From: Monocercomonoides exilis PA203
Taxonomy: Eukaryota; Protista; Preaxostyla
Direction: 5' to 3'
Length of the DNA: 64,000 nt
Assembly: GCA_001643675.2 (NCBI GenBank)
Contig: LSRY02000001.1
Coordinates: 2,046,001 to 2,110,000, forward strand
Within the stretch, counting starts at the first letter, position 1. Every line of letters begins with the position of its first letter. Both the position numbers and the translations under genes were made by a program. Of the stretch, positions 24,801 to 38,222 are shown one piece after another. The notes below the pieces were generated by a model that saw only the letters and a list, made by a program, of their open reading frames with translations, ran no database searches and was not told the origin of the DNA.

Positions 24801-26328
24801 AATTTGAACTAACTCTGTTTGTTGTTTGCCTTGTAGAATAGCAACTTGGATCAATGTTATTTGAGGTTGAACCTTCCAGAGCAATATCATGTCCAAATTT
24901 TCCACATGTGTTGTTGTGAAAAAAACAGTAAAATAATAGTGTTCCGTAATTATTTGCATTAATCAATATTCCAACAGCACCCCCCCAACGCATTGAATAA
25001 CAATGAATATATAAACAATTTGAGAAAATAATTTGATCTGTACAGTTCCAATTCAGAATGGCGCCTCCTGCACCATCTCGTGAAGAATTGCATCGACAAA
25101 ATTTGAAGAATGAATTTACAAGGCAATGTTTTTGTCTTTTAGCATTAACTTGATAGTAACTTAATGCCCCTCCATCATTGGCAGCAGAACAGTTATTAAA
25201 TAAACAATCGTCAACCATAGACTGTGAATATATTATTTCAAAATCAATTCCCCCTCCCCCATAAATTTGTGGATCCGCTGCTGTGCACTGATCAAATATC
25301 GTATGTTGCGCAATGCATTCAGCAATTCTTTGAGCATATATTCCTCCGCCTCTTGTCGATGAAGCATTGCATCTTGTGAATGAAGAATTCTCAACTGTGA
25401 GAATGGCACTTGCATTGTCATGAACAAACAGCGCTCCTCCTTGTGGTGCTGTGCAATCAGTCCATTCGCATAAAGAAAAGGATTGGCTTTCCGTTGAATT
25501 AATTTGTCCTTTTTTCTCAAGGGCATTCGTTTCTCTTTTCCCGAAGTTTATTGTTGTGTTTTTGCAGACAAATTCCTGTGAAGAATATGATCCACTAGAG
25601 ATCCCTCCTTCAAAGACATTCACACATGAATAAATGAGACAGTTCTCCATTGAACTTCGAAAACATGAATGTTCCACAAAATGATCGCTATTCGCATCAC
25701 ATTTCACAGATATGTTCCTGAAGGCACAATTAATGATCTGTTCGCTTTTGCTCTTTCCTGAAACAAGAAAATAGTCTGATGAAGAAACAGCCAGGTCTGT
25801 GATGATGGAATTTCTCAAAACAGCAATATTTGAATCATCAGATGAAAATATGAGACTGTATGGGTTAAGACTCTCTTGGGGGATCAAAGTCATGTCTGTG
25901 AGGCAGATTGAACCGATATTCAAAAGAAAAGGAGATTTCGACTTTTGGGGGGAAACGCAAGAATCCAACATCAAATTCGATTTATCTGTTATTAGAATAA
26001 ATGACGAGGAAGAATATTCAACTGCCACATTTTTCAGTCCAACTGAAGAATTGGAAAACCGAAAAAATGAATAAATCGCTGTGCATGTTCCTGCTTTCCA
26101 TCTGTTCATTCCTGATGCTTTTCTTTGTTCTGACAAATAATTATTATTTCCGTTTGCGGGAAATTGTGCATCAGTTGAGTTGCCTTGACAAAAATAAAAA
26201 CGGTTATATTAAAAAGTTATATTGGAAAAAATACCTTCATTCTTTAATGTTGCTGTTCCACAGATGACTTGAAATTTAGATGTCTCTGCTAGAATCAGAT
26301 ATGCAAAAAGGAACAAAAGCACTCTCAT
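18886..26328 (-). CDS. Giant type I membrane receptor-like protein: signal peptide, 4 Cys-capped beta-helix-like modules, TM, C-terminal pseudokinase (~2460 aa, 2 exons)
   Basis: Exon 1 26328-26235 (MRVLLFLFAYLILAET...) splices via GT-AG intron 26234-26184 in frame into the 2416-aa ORF. GGA(L/I)/GGG(I/M) motifs; four V...D...CG....PC motifs; TM WSLFAFIGCIVIVMILLFVIVVVVVLLRKK; RWKAPE...VFTLGLILHEM...RPT. Confidence 0.9.
26184..26234 (-). other. 51-nt spliceosomal intron
   Basis: GTATTT...GTCAAG, phase 1. Splicing adds a signal peptide in frame. Confidence 0.8.
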
Positions 26329-28991
26329 ACGTAATTAAAAACGGTTTTGATTTGAAAAATAAAATATAATGAGAATGATCATTTTTTATTTATTTAACAC
26401 CTGAATGAAAATAGAAAAGATGAATTCGAAATACTTATTATAATATATGAAATTTGTTATTGATGATGCAATGTAAAAATACTCCAATTAAACAGCTGTC
26501 CAGAATATAACTGTTTTTTTCTAAAAAAACATTAAACCAAAAATCATAACAATTTTTTGAAAGAAAATTTTTACAAACAAAATGCAATATTGTGCTTGTA
26601 TGATCAATGAATTTATATTATTTCTTCAATCACAGAACAGACAATTATTTGTAATTGATTTTTAGAAAAACAGAAATAAAAAACCCAAAAAACAAACGAA
26701 AGTTTGTTGCTTTATTGTCAGTTATTCATTGAACATTTATGTTTTGATCCCAATTCGCATGGAAAGTATCTGATTAACCATAGTTATGTTTTCAGATTGA
26801 CTTGTTTTTCAAAAACTTTTGTTGAACATATGATCGAGGATTTCGAAGAATCCAATGATAATATCTTTTGTTGAGAAATGTATTTTTCATTTAACTGTGG
26901 AATTGGATTCAAGCATTTGGATGTGATGGAAAAAGCAGTTTGCATAACCATTTGATTAGACAGTTTTGCGAACAAATATGAAAGAAATGGTTTATATTAC
27001 CATTGGCTGACTGAAAAAAGAAAAAATGTGGAAGAGACGAAAAGGATGCCAAGCAATATGTTTGCTCATTTCTGGTTTGTGGAATGATATTTTTTTATAT
27101 CATCAGTTCGTTATGCAGGCATTTGATTTGAGAGATGGATAAACAACATTTGAAAATTGCTTTTCTGAAAGAAGAACTGTTGAGAATTTTTGGTAAAGAT
27201 GAAGTTTGTAATTATTTTCAAATATATTATTTTTTATTGTTCGAGTTCATGAACCAAATAAACTGAATGAATGACTGACATTCACTTTTCTTGGAAGAAT
27301 ACCTTGCTCGAATAACTGGTTCATGTGGAAAGAATGTCAAGGCGAAAAGATTGAATTGGTGCTGGACGAAATAAATTTTTGATTCAATCAGAAGGAATTG
27401 TTAAAATTCCAAATCTCTCTATTTTCAGAAGGATCAGAAACCTTCTCATATGGAGATGAAAAGACTTTTGGAAACGGATGATTGGCAAATATGTTGCTTA
27501 ATCGTATGAAAATGGAGGAATGATGAATTTATTATTGAAGAAAACGAACATTTCCAATGAGACTAAAATTAAAAATGGCTAACAAATCAAAAGGTTTGTT
27601 TGTATCTTCCAAAAAAAATTTAATAGTATTTTTATTATTTTTTTCCATGCTTTTCAAAAAGCGAGGGATTTGATGACTATGAAGAAGAAGAAAAGAGGGG
27701 AAGGAAAAAGAAAAGAAGATGATAGACAAAAATTAAAGATATAATGAAGATGCATTGCTTTGGGTTTTGGAGAAGAGTTATTTCGGAAGAAAGACGATTT
27801 TTTAAGAAAGAAGTGAAGGAAAAGATGAAGATGTTGAATGAAATGAATGATCTCCAAATATTTCATGATTTTTGAAGGTGAAAAGGAAAAATCAAGTCGA
27901 ATGCGTGAAAGATTGAAAGGATGCTGTTTCTGAGAAGAACACACAAAAATGGAAGATGAAGCAAGATAACGTTTGATTTTGCTGAATTTCAATCCATTTA
28001 TTTGTTGTTGCTTTTGAGCAAAATTCCTCCAAGCTGATCATCTCACTTTGCACAACAACCACTAATTATTTATTTGAGCTTCTTCTTCTTCCTCTTCCTC
28101 TTCTTTTACATCTTCTTCACCAATAAAAATGTAATGTTAACAATTCATTCCATTCAACTCTCCGTGAATTCTTCTTCAAGTTTTGTCTTCTATTTCAATT
28201 CACGAACACAAAGGCAATTTTCTCATCTGTCAAGAAGAAGCAGCGAAAACAATAAGGCAATGGAATGGATGTGATGTTGGCATCCAATCAAAAAAACAAA
28301 GGTGATTCTGACATTTTATCATTTGGCTGTTGAATGAAGTGCAGATGAAATAAAGAAGAAATCTTGGAATAATTTCAATAAAGGAATGGACGATTGAAGC
28401 AAAAGAATGCGACAGATTTCACAATGTGTCATCTCTTTTGTGAGTGACAGAGGAGTCAAAAGGAAATGAGAGAAAGGCAAAGGATTTGAAATGGAGAAAA
28501 AAACTGTCACAAAAGAATATTGGAAATGGCAAATGGAGATAGGGTTTTTGAGAGAAGAGATTTATCATTTTGTCACAAATGATTATTTGGTGACGATACA
28601 ATTGGAGAACAATCAGTTTTTCTGAAAGGGAAGTTTTTGATTTGGAAATGTTGGCTTCTGGAAATGATGCGAATGAAAATCATTCGAATGAACAAAATGT
28701 CCTGTTTTTTTCATTTATTCACAAAAAATCTCCAAAAGATTCTTTCTTTTTTTTTTTCATTTGAATTCCCGGTTTCCATGTTTCAGTATTCTTTTTTGAA
28801 CATTCTTTTTTTCCAAATGCAAATCATTCAAAATTGAAAAATTGAAAAAAAAGAAAAGATTTTCTTCAGATATATTTTTCTATTTGTGTTGTGGGAAATA
28901 AAGATTTGAAATGAAGCAAAACCTCAGTCAACCCCATTAAATAATCTTCCTCTTCAAAAATAAAAACAAGTACAGGAAAAACGCTCAAAGT

Positions 28992-30401
28992 TCATGTGTT
29001 TATTAAATAATCCCCATAATGTTTCGGTAGAAAATAATAAGAATTGGTTTTCAAAAAAGGAATTATAACATGAAAACTTGCGATGACGTCTTCATATCCT
29101 TCTTCTTCCATCTTTTCAACCACTTTCCTTTTCAACCCTTCTCCTTTCGCTTCACCAGCTTCATCATCTTTTGATTTCAATCGACCAGAAATATTCATGA
29201 TGAACCTCAAGCAGTCATATGCCATTTCGTAATCCATTGTTGGCAGCCGAATTCCCTCCAAAACAGCATCATCTGCTCCACCTTTCAGCAACCCACCAAT
29301 CTTCACTGCTCTTTTTTCAGATGCTGCTTTCAGCAAATCAATGCATTTCATGCTGTATTTCCTGTGATTGTCCTTCGCTGACCGAAACACCCGAACAACG
29401 CAGCAGACAAGCTCGGAATATTCGTCATCCCACAAGTGGCAGGAAAAAAAGAAATCGAACAATGTGAAGAGCCATCTCCTCAAAACAATTCCTTCTTTCA
29501 CCCCCTTTCCTCCTCTTTTCTCTTCTTTTCTCTTCCAATCCACACACTTCGCCAGCTCCTCCATTTCTCTTTTTGCCTCCTTCACAAAATGCAGCTCATC
29601 TGTCATCACTTTTTCCAATACTCCATTGAGAAATAATCTGTTCATCAAAAACTGCCAGGCAGACTGATAAGCAAGTGGAGTGAGGTTGTGATGATCCTGA
29701 TGATGCTGAATAATTTCTTTCATCTCACTCAAATACAATTCTTCTGGAATTTTCTGAAAAACAAACACAAGAATTATCAATCAATGATTATTCACAACAC
29801 AATTCCACACTGTGAGCATGCCAACACTGCTCAAAGTCAACAGTGATGTTTCCCCTTCTTTCCCATCTCCCTCCTTCTCCTCTTTGTTCAAGCCAACTTC
29901 CAGAAGACAGGACACACAGATTGAAAGCAGATTAAACAAGAATTTGTCTTTCAGCATGAGATAGCACTCGCAAAGATCAATCAGAAGCTTTTCATTTCTT
30001 TTTTCTTTTTTCTTTTTTCTTTTCTTCCTCGACAATCATCTCTTCAAATCTCTCACCCAATGAAGAATTTCCAAATCCACACACATTCATCGATTTCAAT
30101 GCATTCGAAGATCCGATGTGCTTCAACAACAGAAATGCATTCTCCAAAGTCAGTTTCTTTTCTTCAATCATTTCGAATATTCCATTGAACACTTCTGCTG
30201 TGACCACACATTCAAGTTCTTCTTCGTCCATCTCGTCCATCACTTCATTCATTTTTTCAATTTTCTCTTTCTGTTCATCCTCATTGCAATCTTCCAGCTC
30301 GGAAAATAATTCTGAAACAAAAAGAGCCACAATCATTAGGAATTCAAATGGAACAACGAATGCACACTGTTGTATCTTTCAGTGACGCTCACAGTCTGCA
30401 T
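28992..30401 (-). pseudogene. Expanded acidic helical family member (KLFSELEDC family), 2 introns, frameshift in an A-rich run
   Basis: Spliced start MQTVSVTERYN-KLFSELEDCNEDEQK; HHQDHHNLTPLAYQSAWQFL; clear paralog of 60165..61418. The frame change at ~30000-30025 may be an assembly homopolymer error. Confidence 0.75.
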
Positions 30402-32209
30402 TTTTGAAAATTCATTGCATTCAGAAACAACACAATTTTGATCATTCACATTGAATTCGCATATGTTTGGAAAGACGACATAGATGAATTACAAAAAGTC
30501 AAAAATGGTCATTAATAATGTCGTGTTCACACCATTCTTTATTGTCTTGGCACTTTTGGAAAGTGATTGTTAAGAAAAAAAATGTTCAAATAAATTCGGT
30601 TTGTTGTTATGGATTCAAAGATCGAAAAGTGATTTGTTTGAACTGGAATATCAATCAGCAAAATGAGTGTTGATAAATGAATTTATCCTGCAGAATTACA
30701 AACATAATCTCCCGTTGAAAAAACGGACAATGATGGTAATTCCAAGATTTTAGAAATTCAATCTGATGTATTTTGTTAATTGAAATGCCAACGTAATACA
30801 ACAATTTTATTAATTATACAAAAAGACGTAGTGTTTGAGATTTATATTGTTCAATTGATTGTGAAGATATTTCCAATATCTGTCTCTTCAGAACGCGAGA
30901 ATCGGACGAAATGTCTTTTTAGGGAAATCTTCGCCTTTCAGAGAGGAATTAAACAGGCAAGCATCAAGTTCCACCGACTGCCGTGGAGCATATAGATGTT
31001 AGAACAGCGTTATATTTTGAAAACATTTTTTGCGAAATAAAATTGAATTGAAAAGAAAACCAAACCTGATTTTATTTGGCAGTTCAGAAATCGATGCATA
31101 AGGAAGTTGGATGTCTTCCGGAAGGAGCCAATAAGGAATCAGTTGCATTGACGTTTGAGCATGGTCTTGAAATAGGCTATTAAGTTTTGCTGTTACAATT
31201 TTGAATATATGAGAATCATTTCATTCAATTTGTTGAAAGAAAGAGGGAATCAGATGATTTAACGAGAGAAGAAGAAAAACAGAAAATGAAAGATGAATGA
31301 GAAGATTTAAAAAAAAGCACAAGAGATTGCGAAGATTCATGACATTTTTCTTTTCATTTTCCAATCCTCCTTTATATCTTCTCTCTCTCTCACTCATCCA
31401 TACATTTCGCACTCTGCTGCTCATGAAGATTCATCTCCATCATCATCATTATTATTATTGCAGGAGTTGTCTTCTGATTGTGCTATTGTCAGTGCACTTG
31501 GCAAATGCACCACAGTCTTTTCCAGTGACTCAAGGAATGAGGCCAAAGTCTGTTCCACTCTGAATGCCTTCTCCTGTGCTGATGTACCTTTCACTGCTTC
31601 TTGCCTCTCACGCTCACACAGCATGACAACAGACTGCCTTTGTTCCTTCTTAAGTGTCTCCTGTTTTTCGTGGTGGAAAAAAAAAAGGAGATTGAAGGAA
31701 CACTCAAGCAGAGGGAAACATGCTCAATAAGAAGAGATGACCAGCCTGGAACTTTATTTGGGCCGATCGCTATCTCTTGCGCATTCCATGCATCGTCTTC
31801 TTCCTTCCAACATTTCATCCACTTCACTCTTTCTTTTTCAACATTTTGACTATTTTTATTCTTATTCTTATTTCTTTGAATTAAAAAATGATATTGATAA
31901 TAATTGTATTTTCACTTTTTTTATTGATTTTGCACTTGATTAAGAAACAATTCCTTTTGAACAAATTGTTCTGAAACAGAAATATGTCTTTGTCAATTCT
32001 ATTGATTTTTGCAACGAATAATTTCCAAAAGAAATTACAGAAAACTCAAATGAATATCTTTTCAATTCCTTTTCTTTTTTTGAAAAAGTATTTTGCATAA
32101 ATTTATAGAAGAAAAACGAACAAGAATATGAAAAATCACATCTTGAATTTTCGAAATCGAAAAAAAAAATATGGAACAAATCAACCGAAAAAACAAATAA
32201 ACAACAAAA

Positions 32210-34246
32210 ATGAAGATATTTGTGGGGATGCTGAGTGGAAAAGTCCTCGCTCTCAACGTCGAAAACACAGACACTGTTGCATCCGTGAAGAAGAAGGTTG
32301 AAGACGAAGAAGGAATTCCGCCAGAACGACAGATTCTTGTTTTCTCAGGAGAGCAGCTTGAAGACCGAAAAACGCTTCGAGAGTGTGGGGTCTGTGAAGA
32401 ATGCACACTGTATGTGGTGATTCGGAAGAAATTTGGAATGTCGATTTTGGTGAAGACAACAACAGGAAAAACTTTCACTCTGAACGTTGAGCGCACAGAC
32501 ACGATCGAGGCGGTGAAGCGGAAAATCCAAGACAAAGGAGGGATCCGCGCAGAGCAGCAGATACTCATGTTCTCGGGAGAAAGACTTGAAGAGGGAAAAA
32601 CGCTTCGAGACTACGGAGTTGAGAAAGAAGATATCGTTCGCCTTGTGTATAAAATATCAAAAATGCAACTTTGTTTGAAGGGAACGCATGGAAGAGATGA
32701 TTACCTCAATGCTGAAAGCAAAGATGCGATTGGATGTGCGGGACAGAAGATTGAAGACAAAGAAGGAAACTTTCCAAACCCTCGAACGCTCGCGCACGAA
32801 GGAAAAGAACTCGAAAACCAAAAAACTTCACAAGACTACAACATCGGTATTGACGGGGCTTCTGAGGTTGAAAGACAGCCCGATAGGATTCAGCTTTTTG
32901 TTACCAGAAGATCGGGAGAGCGTTTTTCAGTTGAGATGGAAGTTGATGAAACGATCCATACACTGAAAGACAAAATTCGAGGATTAACAGGCATTCCCGT
33001 AGAAAATCAAAGTCTTTATCGGTTTTGGGAATTTCTTGAAAACGAAAAGACGGTGGGGCACTACAAGATGAGCAATGGGGAGAACATCCGTCTGTTCTTG
33101 TATTGTGGGGATCTGAAGATTTTTGTGAAGACATCAGCAGAAAAGCGAGTTGCTGTTGAGGTTGAAAGCGCAGACACCATCAGATGTGTGAAGGAGAAGA
33201 TTGAAATGAGCGAAGGCATTTGCGTTGAAAAGCAAAGGCTGAAATTTGGGGATGTGAATCTTGAGGATGGAAACACTCTTCATTTCTACGGGATCGAAAA
33301 GGGCGATGTTCTTTTCCTTTCGGAGGGAGATTGTCTGAGGATGTGGATATTTGTGAAGATATGGACAGGCAAAATAGCAGCTGTTGATGTGTCGAGCACA
33401 GACACGATTGGAAGAGTGAAGGAGAAAATACAAAGCAAAGAAGGGATTCCTCTGAAACAGCAAATACTCATATATGAAGGAAAGGAACTGGAAGACAGGA
33501 AAACGCTTCAAGATTACTGTGTCAAGAACGAAGATTCGCTCCACCTTGCGTTAAGGTCAGGCGACGTGACGATTTTTGTGAAGATGTCGAGTGGGAAGAC
33601 TGTCACACTTGGTGTTGATGGAACAGACAGTGTGGAATATGTGAAGCAGAAGATACAAGGCCAAGAAGGAATTCCTTCAGAGCTGCAGAGCCTTGTCTTT
33701 GCTGGGAAAGAACTGGAAGACGGAAAATTGCTTCAGGATTACCATGTGCAGGAAGACGATACGCTTCGACTGGCTTTGAGGCAAGCCTCAAAAATGCACA
33801 TTTTTGTGAAGATTGGGAGTGGGAAAAGCATCGCCCTCGAAGTGTCGAGCACAGACACAATTGGACAAGTGAAGGAGAAGATTGCAAACAGAGAAGGAAT
33901 CCCATTTGGCGAGCAGCAGGTGATGTTTGGAGGAGAGCAGCTGGAAGACGGAAGAACACTGGAAGAGTGCGGTGTTGAGAGAGAAGACACGCTTCGCGTT
34001 GTGTTCAAAGCGAAGCAAATGCGAATATGTGTGAAGGAGATGAGTGGAAGCGATATTGGTGTTGAAGTGCTGAGCACAGACACGGTTGGAAGAGTGAAGC
34101 AGAAGATCCAGGAAAGAAGAGGAGTTCCTCGGGATCTGCAGACACTTGTCTTTGCAGGAGCACCGCTTGAAGACGAAAAGACTCTTCGACACTACAACAT
34201 CGTGGATGAAGCCGTATTGTATCTCATGCTAAGAATTGGATTTTGA
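32210..34246 (+). CDS. Divergent polyubiquitin-like protein, 9 tandem UBL domains, no Gly-Gly motifs
   Basis: Nine 75-76 aa units with the ubiquitin pattern M.IFVK..GK...L.V...DTI..VK.KI...EGIP..QQ.L.F.G..LED..TL.DY. Ends in LRIGF. Confidence 0.95.
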   Translation: MKIFVGMLSGKVLALNVENTDTVASVKKKVEDEEGIPPERQILVFSGEQLEDRKTLRECGVCEECTLYVVIRKKFGMSILVKTTTGKTFTLNVERTDTIEAVKRKIQDKGGIRAEQQILMFSGERLEEGKTLRDYGVEKEDIVRLVYKISKMQLCLKGTHGRDDYLNAESKDAIGCAGQKIEDKEGNFPNPRTLAHEGKELENQKTSQDYNIGIDGASEVERQPDRIQLFVTRRSGERFSVEMEVDETIHTLKDKIRGLTGIPVENQSLYRFWEFLENEKTVGHYKMSNGENIRLFLYCGDLKIFVKTSAEKRVAVEVESADTIRCVKEKIEMSEGICVEKQRLKFGDVNLEDGNTLHFYGIEKGDVLFLSEGDCLRMWIFVKIWTGKIAAVDVSSTDTIGRVKEKIQSKEGIPLKQQILIYEGKELEDRKTLQDYCVKNEDSLHLALRSGDVTIFVKMSSGKTVTLGVDGTDSVEYVKQKIQGQEGIPSELQSLVFAGKELEDGKLLQDYHVQEDDTLRLALRQASKMHIFVKIGSGKSIALEVSSTDTIGQVKEKIANREGIPFGEQQVMFGGEQLEDGRTLEECGVEREDTLRVVFKAKQMRICVKEMSGSDIGVEVLSTDTVGRVKQKIQERRGVPRDLQTLVFAGAPLEDEKTLRHYNIVDEAVLYLMLRIGF

Positions 34247-35147
34247 TTTGAAATGGTTTTGGTTGTTTGACGTTTCTTGTCTTTTCCAATTCATTTTATT
34301 CTCATTTTTTTGTTCATCATTTATTTTTAATTTTATTTTGACTATTTGCGGAGTTAAACATTTTCATTTCAAAAATTAGAACCTTTTCATTGTTGCTGTG
34401 AAAGATCAAAGCGGGTTTTCCTGTGAAAAAGCCAAAATGATCATCCAACAAAATGGATTTATGTTGTTGGATTGAAAAACTTGTGAAACAAACCAAAATT
34501 ATATGAAAATAAAAGAAACAAGAAACAAAATTGAGTAATGCGTGAATAAATCTGTTTATCATTAAAGACATGTTCACATGAAAATTCGCAAGCGCTAATG
34601 ACAAAAATGAAGGGAAAACGAGAGAAAAAAAGCTGAAAATGAAGGAAAAAGAATCGAAAAACCATATTTTTTGAAAGAAAAATGAATAAACAAAATTATT
34701 TTCAACAGATGAACAGAATTCATATAAACTTTCACATTTTGACAAATATTTTCACATAGAAATGTGAACATCTTGGATTCTTCACATCTTCGTTTTGATG
34801 TTTTCCAAATAAACGTTTCAAAAAGCAGTTATTCTTTGAATGAAGCTTGACGGCTATCAGTTCAAACATCTGTCGAACAAAATGTATTCAAATAACTCCA
34901 CTCAATTGCTCATCCAAGAAAGTTAAGTCATTTCCTTTAACACAAAAAAACAAGGGAAGTTCAGAAAAAAGCAACTAGATTCTATTTATTAATCATTTCT
35001 GCGCAGAAGAGGCATTTCTTCTATCAGCAAAATATGATAAGCGTTCATTCTGCAGAGGAATATTGGTCTGCTGATGAAATAGTCACATACTATCCACAAA
35101 TTGTTTTGTTTCTTAGTTCCGTTGGTGTATTTGAACAAATGTATCAT

Positions 35148-35229
35148 CTTCTTTTTCTTCTTTTTCTTCTTTTTCTTCTTTTTCTTCTTTTTCTTCTTTT
35201 TCTTCTTTTTCTTCTTTTTCTTCTTTTTC
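35148..35229. repeat. (CTTCTTTTT)n 9-bp tandem repeat
   Basis: About 9 consecutive copies visible. Confidence 0.9.
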
Positions 35230-36645
35230 ACCCTTTTTCACTCTTTTCCCCTCTCTTTGGCACAGGTGGATGAAGCGGAGTGTATTGAAATGAAGGAATC
35301 TTGCTGGAGAAGGAGATCGATAAATTCCATACGGCAACCATCACACAACTCTGCAAAAAAGCTCATCTGATTGAAATTGAATTGTGAAGTCACGTCATCA
35401 TTCAATGTTCTCTTTGAATGAGAAAACAATTTGGAAGAAGGAAACCAAAAAGTCATGTTGTCACTTGATCGAAATCAGAAAATACAACCAGCAGCTGCTA
35501 AATCAACATTACATTTCCTCTGGCTTCTCTTTAATGTCTTTTTGTGAGCATATCAAATCTGTTCTTTATTTAAATTGTCTGGTGCTTCTTCTCTCTTTCC
35601 GCTTCTGATCTCCTTTTCTATTTTTTTGGTCTTTCACAAGTTTCTGTCTTGCCTGTTGTGAAGCGACTTTTCAGTTATCATTCATCTTCCCTTCCATCAA
35701 ACGAGGAAGGGCCTTTTCTTATCAGCAGCCTTCCGCTTATGTTCTCAGAAATTCCAAAAGCTGAATTCTATATTTTCTCTTCGTTTCTTCGCCTTCTCCT
35801 TCGCCTTTTCCATCCCTGACATCGCCTCCGCCGCTCGCGCCTTTCATCTCTTCCCTGCCCTTTTTCCCTCAGCAGCCAGTAATGACTCGTTATCTTTAAT
35901 TATTCCAAATATATCTGATATGACTCCATTTCATTCATTTCATCCAATTCATCTTGCTTCATTCAGCTTCTTCTTGTCTGTCTCTTCGTCTTCGTTTGAA
36001 TCGGTCTCTCAGAACAAACGCCATCCGACTTATCAATTTCACGCAATCTGCTGACTGCTCCAACACGCCTGTGAATAAATGTTCTCTGAATCTTCTGAAA
36101 AGTTTCTGTGCTTTTGACAATGTGGGTTCATCACTTTTGGCTTGTCAGCAGCTCAATGGAAGAAAAGAGTTCGTATTTGTTGACAGACACATTGAAGCAG
36201 AGAAAGAGTATAAGAAGATGTGCTCTGAACTGAATTTGTTGTTCTTTGCCTTCCCTCTGCAGCTGAATGTGGATGTTGAAAAAGAAAAGAAGATATTTGA
36301 GTGAATGACAGAAATGAGTGATGATTGACTGCAGGAAGGTTTTGATGGTGTTGAATTTGCTTTTGATGAACAAGGAGGCTGTGACGAAAATGAAGCTGCT
36401 TTTAAAAAATGGTGATGATGTTGAAGGAGAAGGAGAAAAAGAGGAAGAGAAGGAGAAGTTGAGGTCGAAGCAGATGAGCATCATGATAAAGTGTTAAATG
36501 TATTCCCAGTGGATGTTTGAAGGAAAGGCGAAGTGAGAGCAGAAAAGCAGATTGAGAGGATACTTAATGTTCCACTGCCAATAGCAGCAGCAGAGAAGAA
36601 TGAGAAGACTGAGAAGAATGAATGAATGAGTTATCTTTTGTGATT

Positions 36646-36925
36646 GAAGAAGAAGAGGAAGAGGAAAAAGAGGAAAAAGAGGAAGAGGAAGAGGAAGAGG
36701 AAGAGGAAGAGGAAGAGGAAGAGGAAGAGGAAGAGGAAGAGGAAGAGGAAGAAGAAGAAGAAGATGATGATGATGATGATGATGTTTGAAGAGAAGGAGA
36801 AGGAGAAGGAGAAGGAGAAGAAGATAAAGGAGAAGAAGATAAAGAAGGAGGAGGAGGAGGAGAAGAAGAAGAAGAAGAAGAAGAAGAAGAAGAAGCTGAA
36901 GCTGAAGAAGAAGAATTAGAAGAAG
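36646..36925. repeat. Purine-rich simple repeats (GAGGAA)n, (GAA)n, (GAT)n
   Basis: Directly visible. Confidence 0.9.
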
Positions 36926-38222
36926 AAGGCGAAGTCGAAAATTGATGATTCTTTCTCTTTCTCTTCTCAGCAGCTCAATCACAAAATGAAATAATTTGAA
37001 TTACATCGATCAAATAGATAAATATTCCTTTTTTGGATTTTCCCTCACTGCTGCTGCTGATGATGATGATTGCACAACGAGGAGGTTGATGATGCTTGAG
37101 GTGTGTTTGAAGAAGAACAAGAAGAAATACTTTTCCTTTCAATCATGCCTTTGTCTTCTTTGAAAATATATCAATGAGTGAACATAAATCCATTTCTTTT
37201 CCTTTCTCTTCCAAAACGGTGACGGTGAATGCAGCTTGTAAGAGCCAAACTCCATAGCCATGTTCCAAAATAATTTGTTGTTTTCCTTTGCTTCAAAATC
37301 TTCAATGTTGTTTGTTCTTCTCTTCTTCAATTGCATTCCTATTTGGAAATAGCCTTTAACCTGATTCCGCCTCCTCATTTTCCTTTTCAATCTCTTTCTT
37401 CAAAAAGAGATCTCCCCACCAGTAAAATTCATCAGGCATTTCTTGCAAGACTTCCATTGTTCTATTTATGAAAAAATTAAAAAATAAAAAAATTCATTTT
37501 TCAAAAGAAGATTCGAACAAAACAGAGATTATAGCACACCAATTGTAAATAGCATTCATTCACTGCAACCTCTTTGACTTTATAAAAATATCCATTTTCG
37601 CTCATTTCACATTTCGGCCGCTCACCTTTGAACTGAAATTCCATCTCTATATGCAAAAAAAACACATCAAAAACCCGATCCAAATGCTCGTATAATCTTG
37701 TTTCAGGCAGCCCATCCCTTTTGTGAAAAGTGTCCATTTCGGCCAATCGAGGCAAAAACAATCATTTCTTTCAATATATCGAAAAGCACTTCAAATAAAA
37801 ATATCACGAACATTCCACCTAAAAACATACATTTATATGTGTTGCGGAATCATGAAACTTCCATCGCTCGTACCTCTTCCATTCATCTGTGAAACCAATC
37901 TTCACATCATTCATTTCTTTCCCAGTTGCTATTTCTCATGAAAATATATCCAACAAAATTATAAACTCCAAATCATATGTTATTCCATCATAGAGGTGGA
38001 TATTGCTGTACGGAGTGTGATGGCTGAAATATCAGAACATCAACAAAAATTAATGAATCATTCTCTATTATTCATTGGATCAAAAAAAAATGTGAAAAAA
38101 ACGAAGATAATTATTCATTGTTATGTAATAATATGATTTACAAAATCAGAAAAATGACAAAATATTTGAAGTGCCCATATTAGTTTGAAAGAAAAAAGAG
38201 AAAAACAAACTGTTGGAGAGGC

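Noticed and set aside
27100-28650. Further remnants of the acidic helical family
   Set aside because: Similarity is too faint to support by eye.
34989-38050. Possible spliced or decayed genes
   Set aside because: Fragmentary low-complexity ORFs with no recognisable motif or consistent exon chain.
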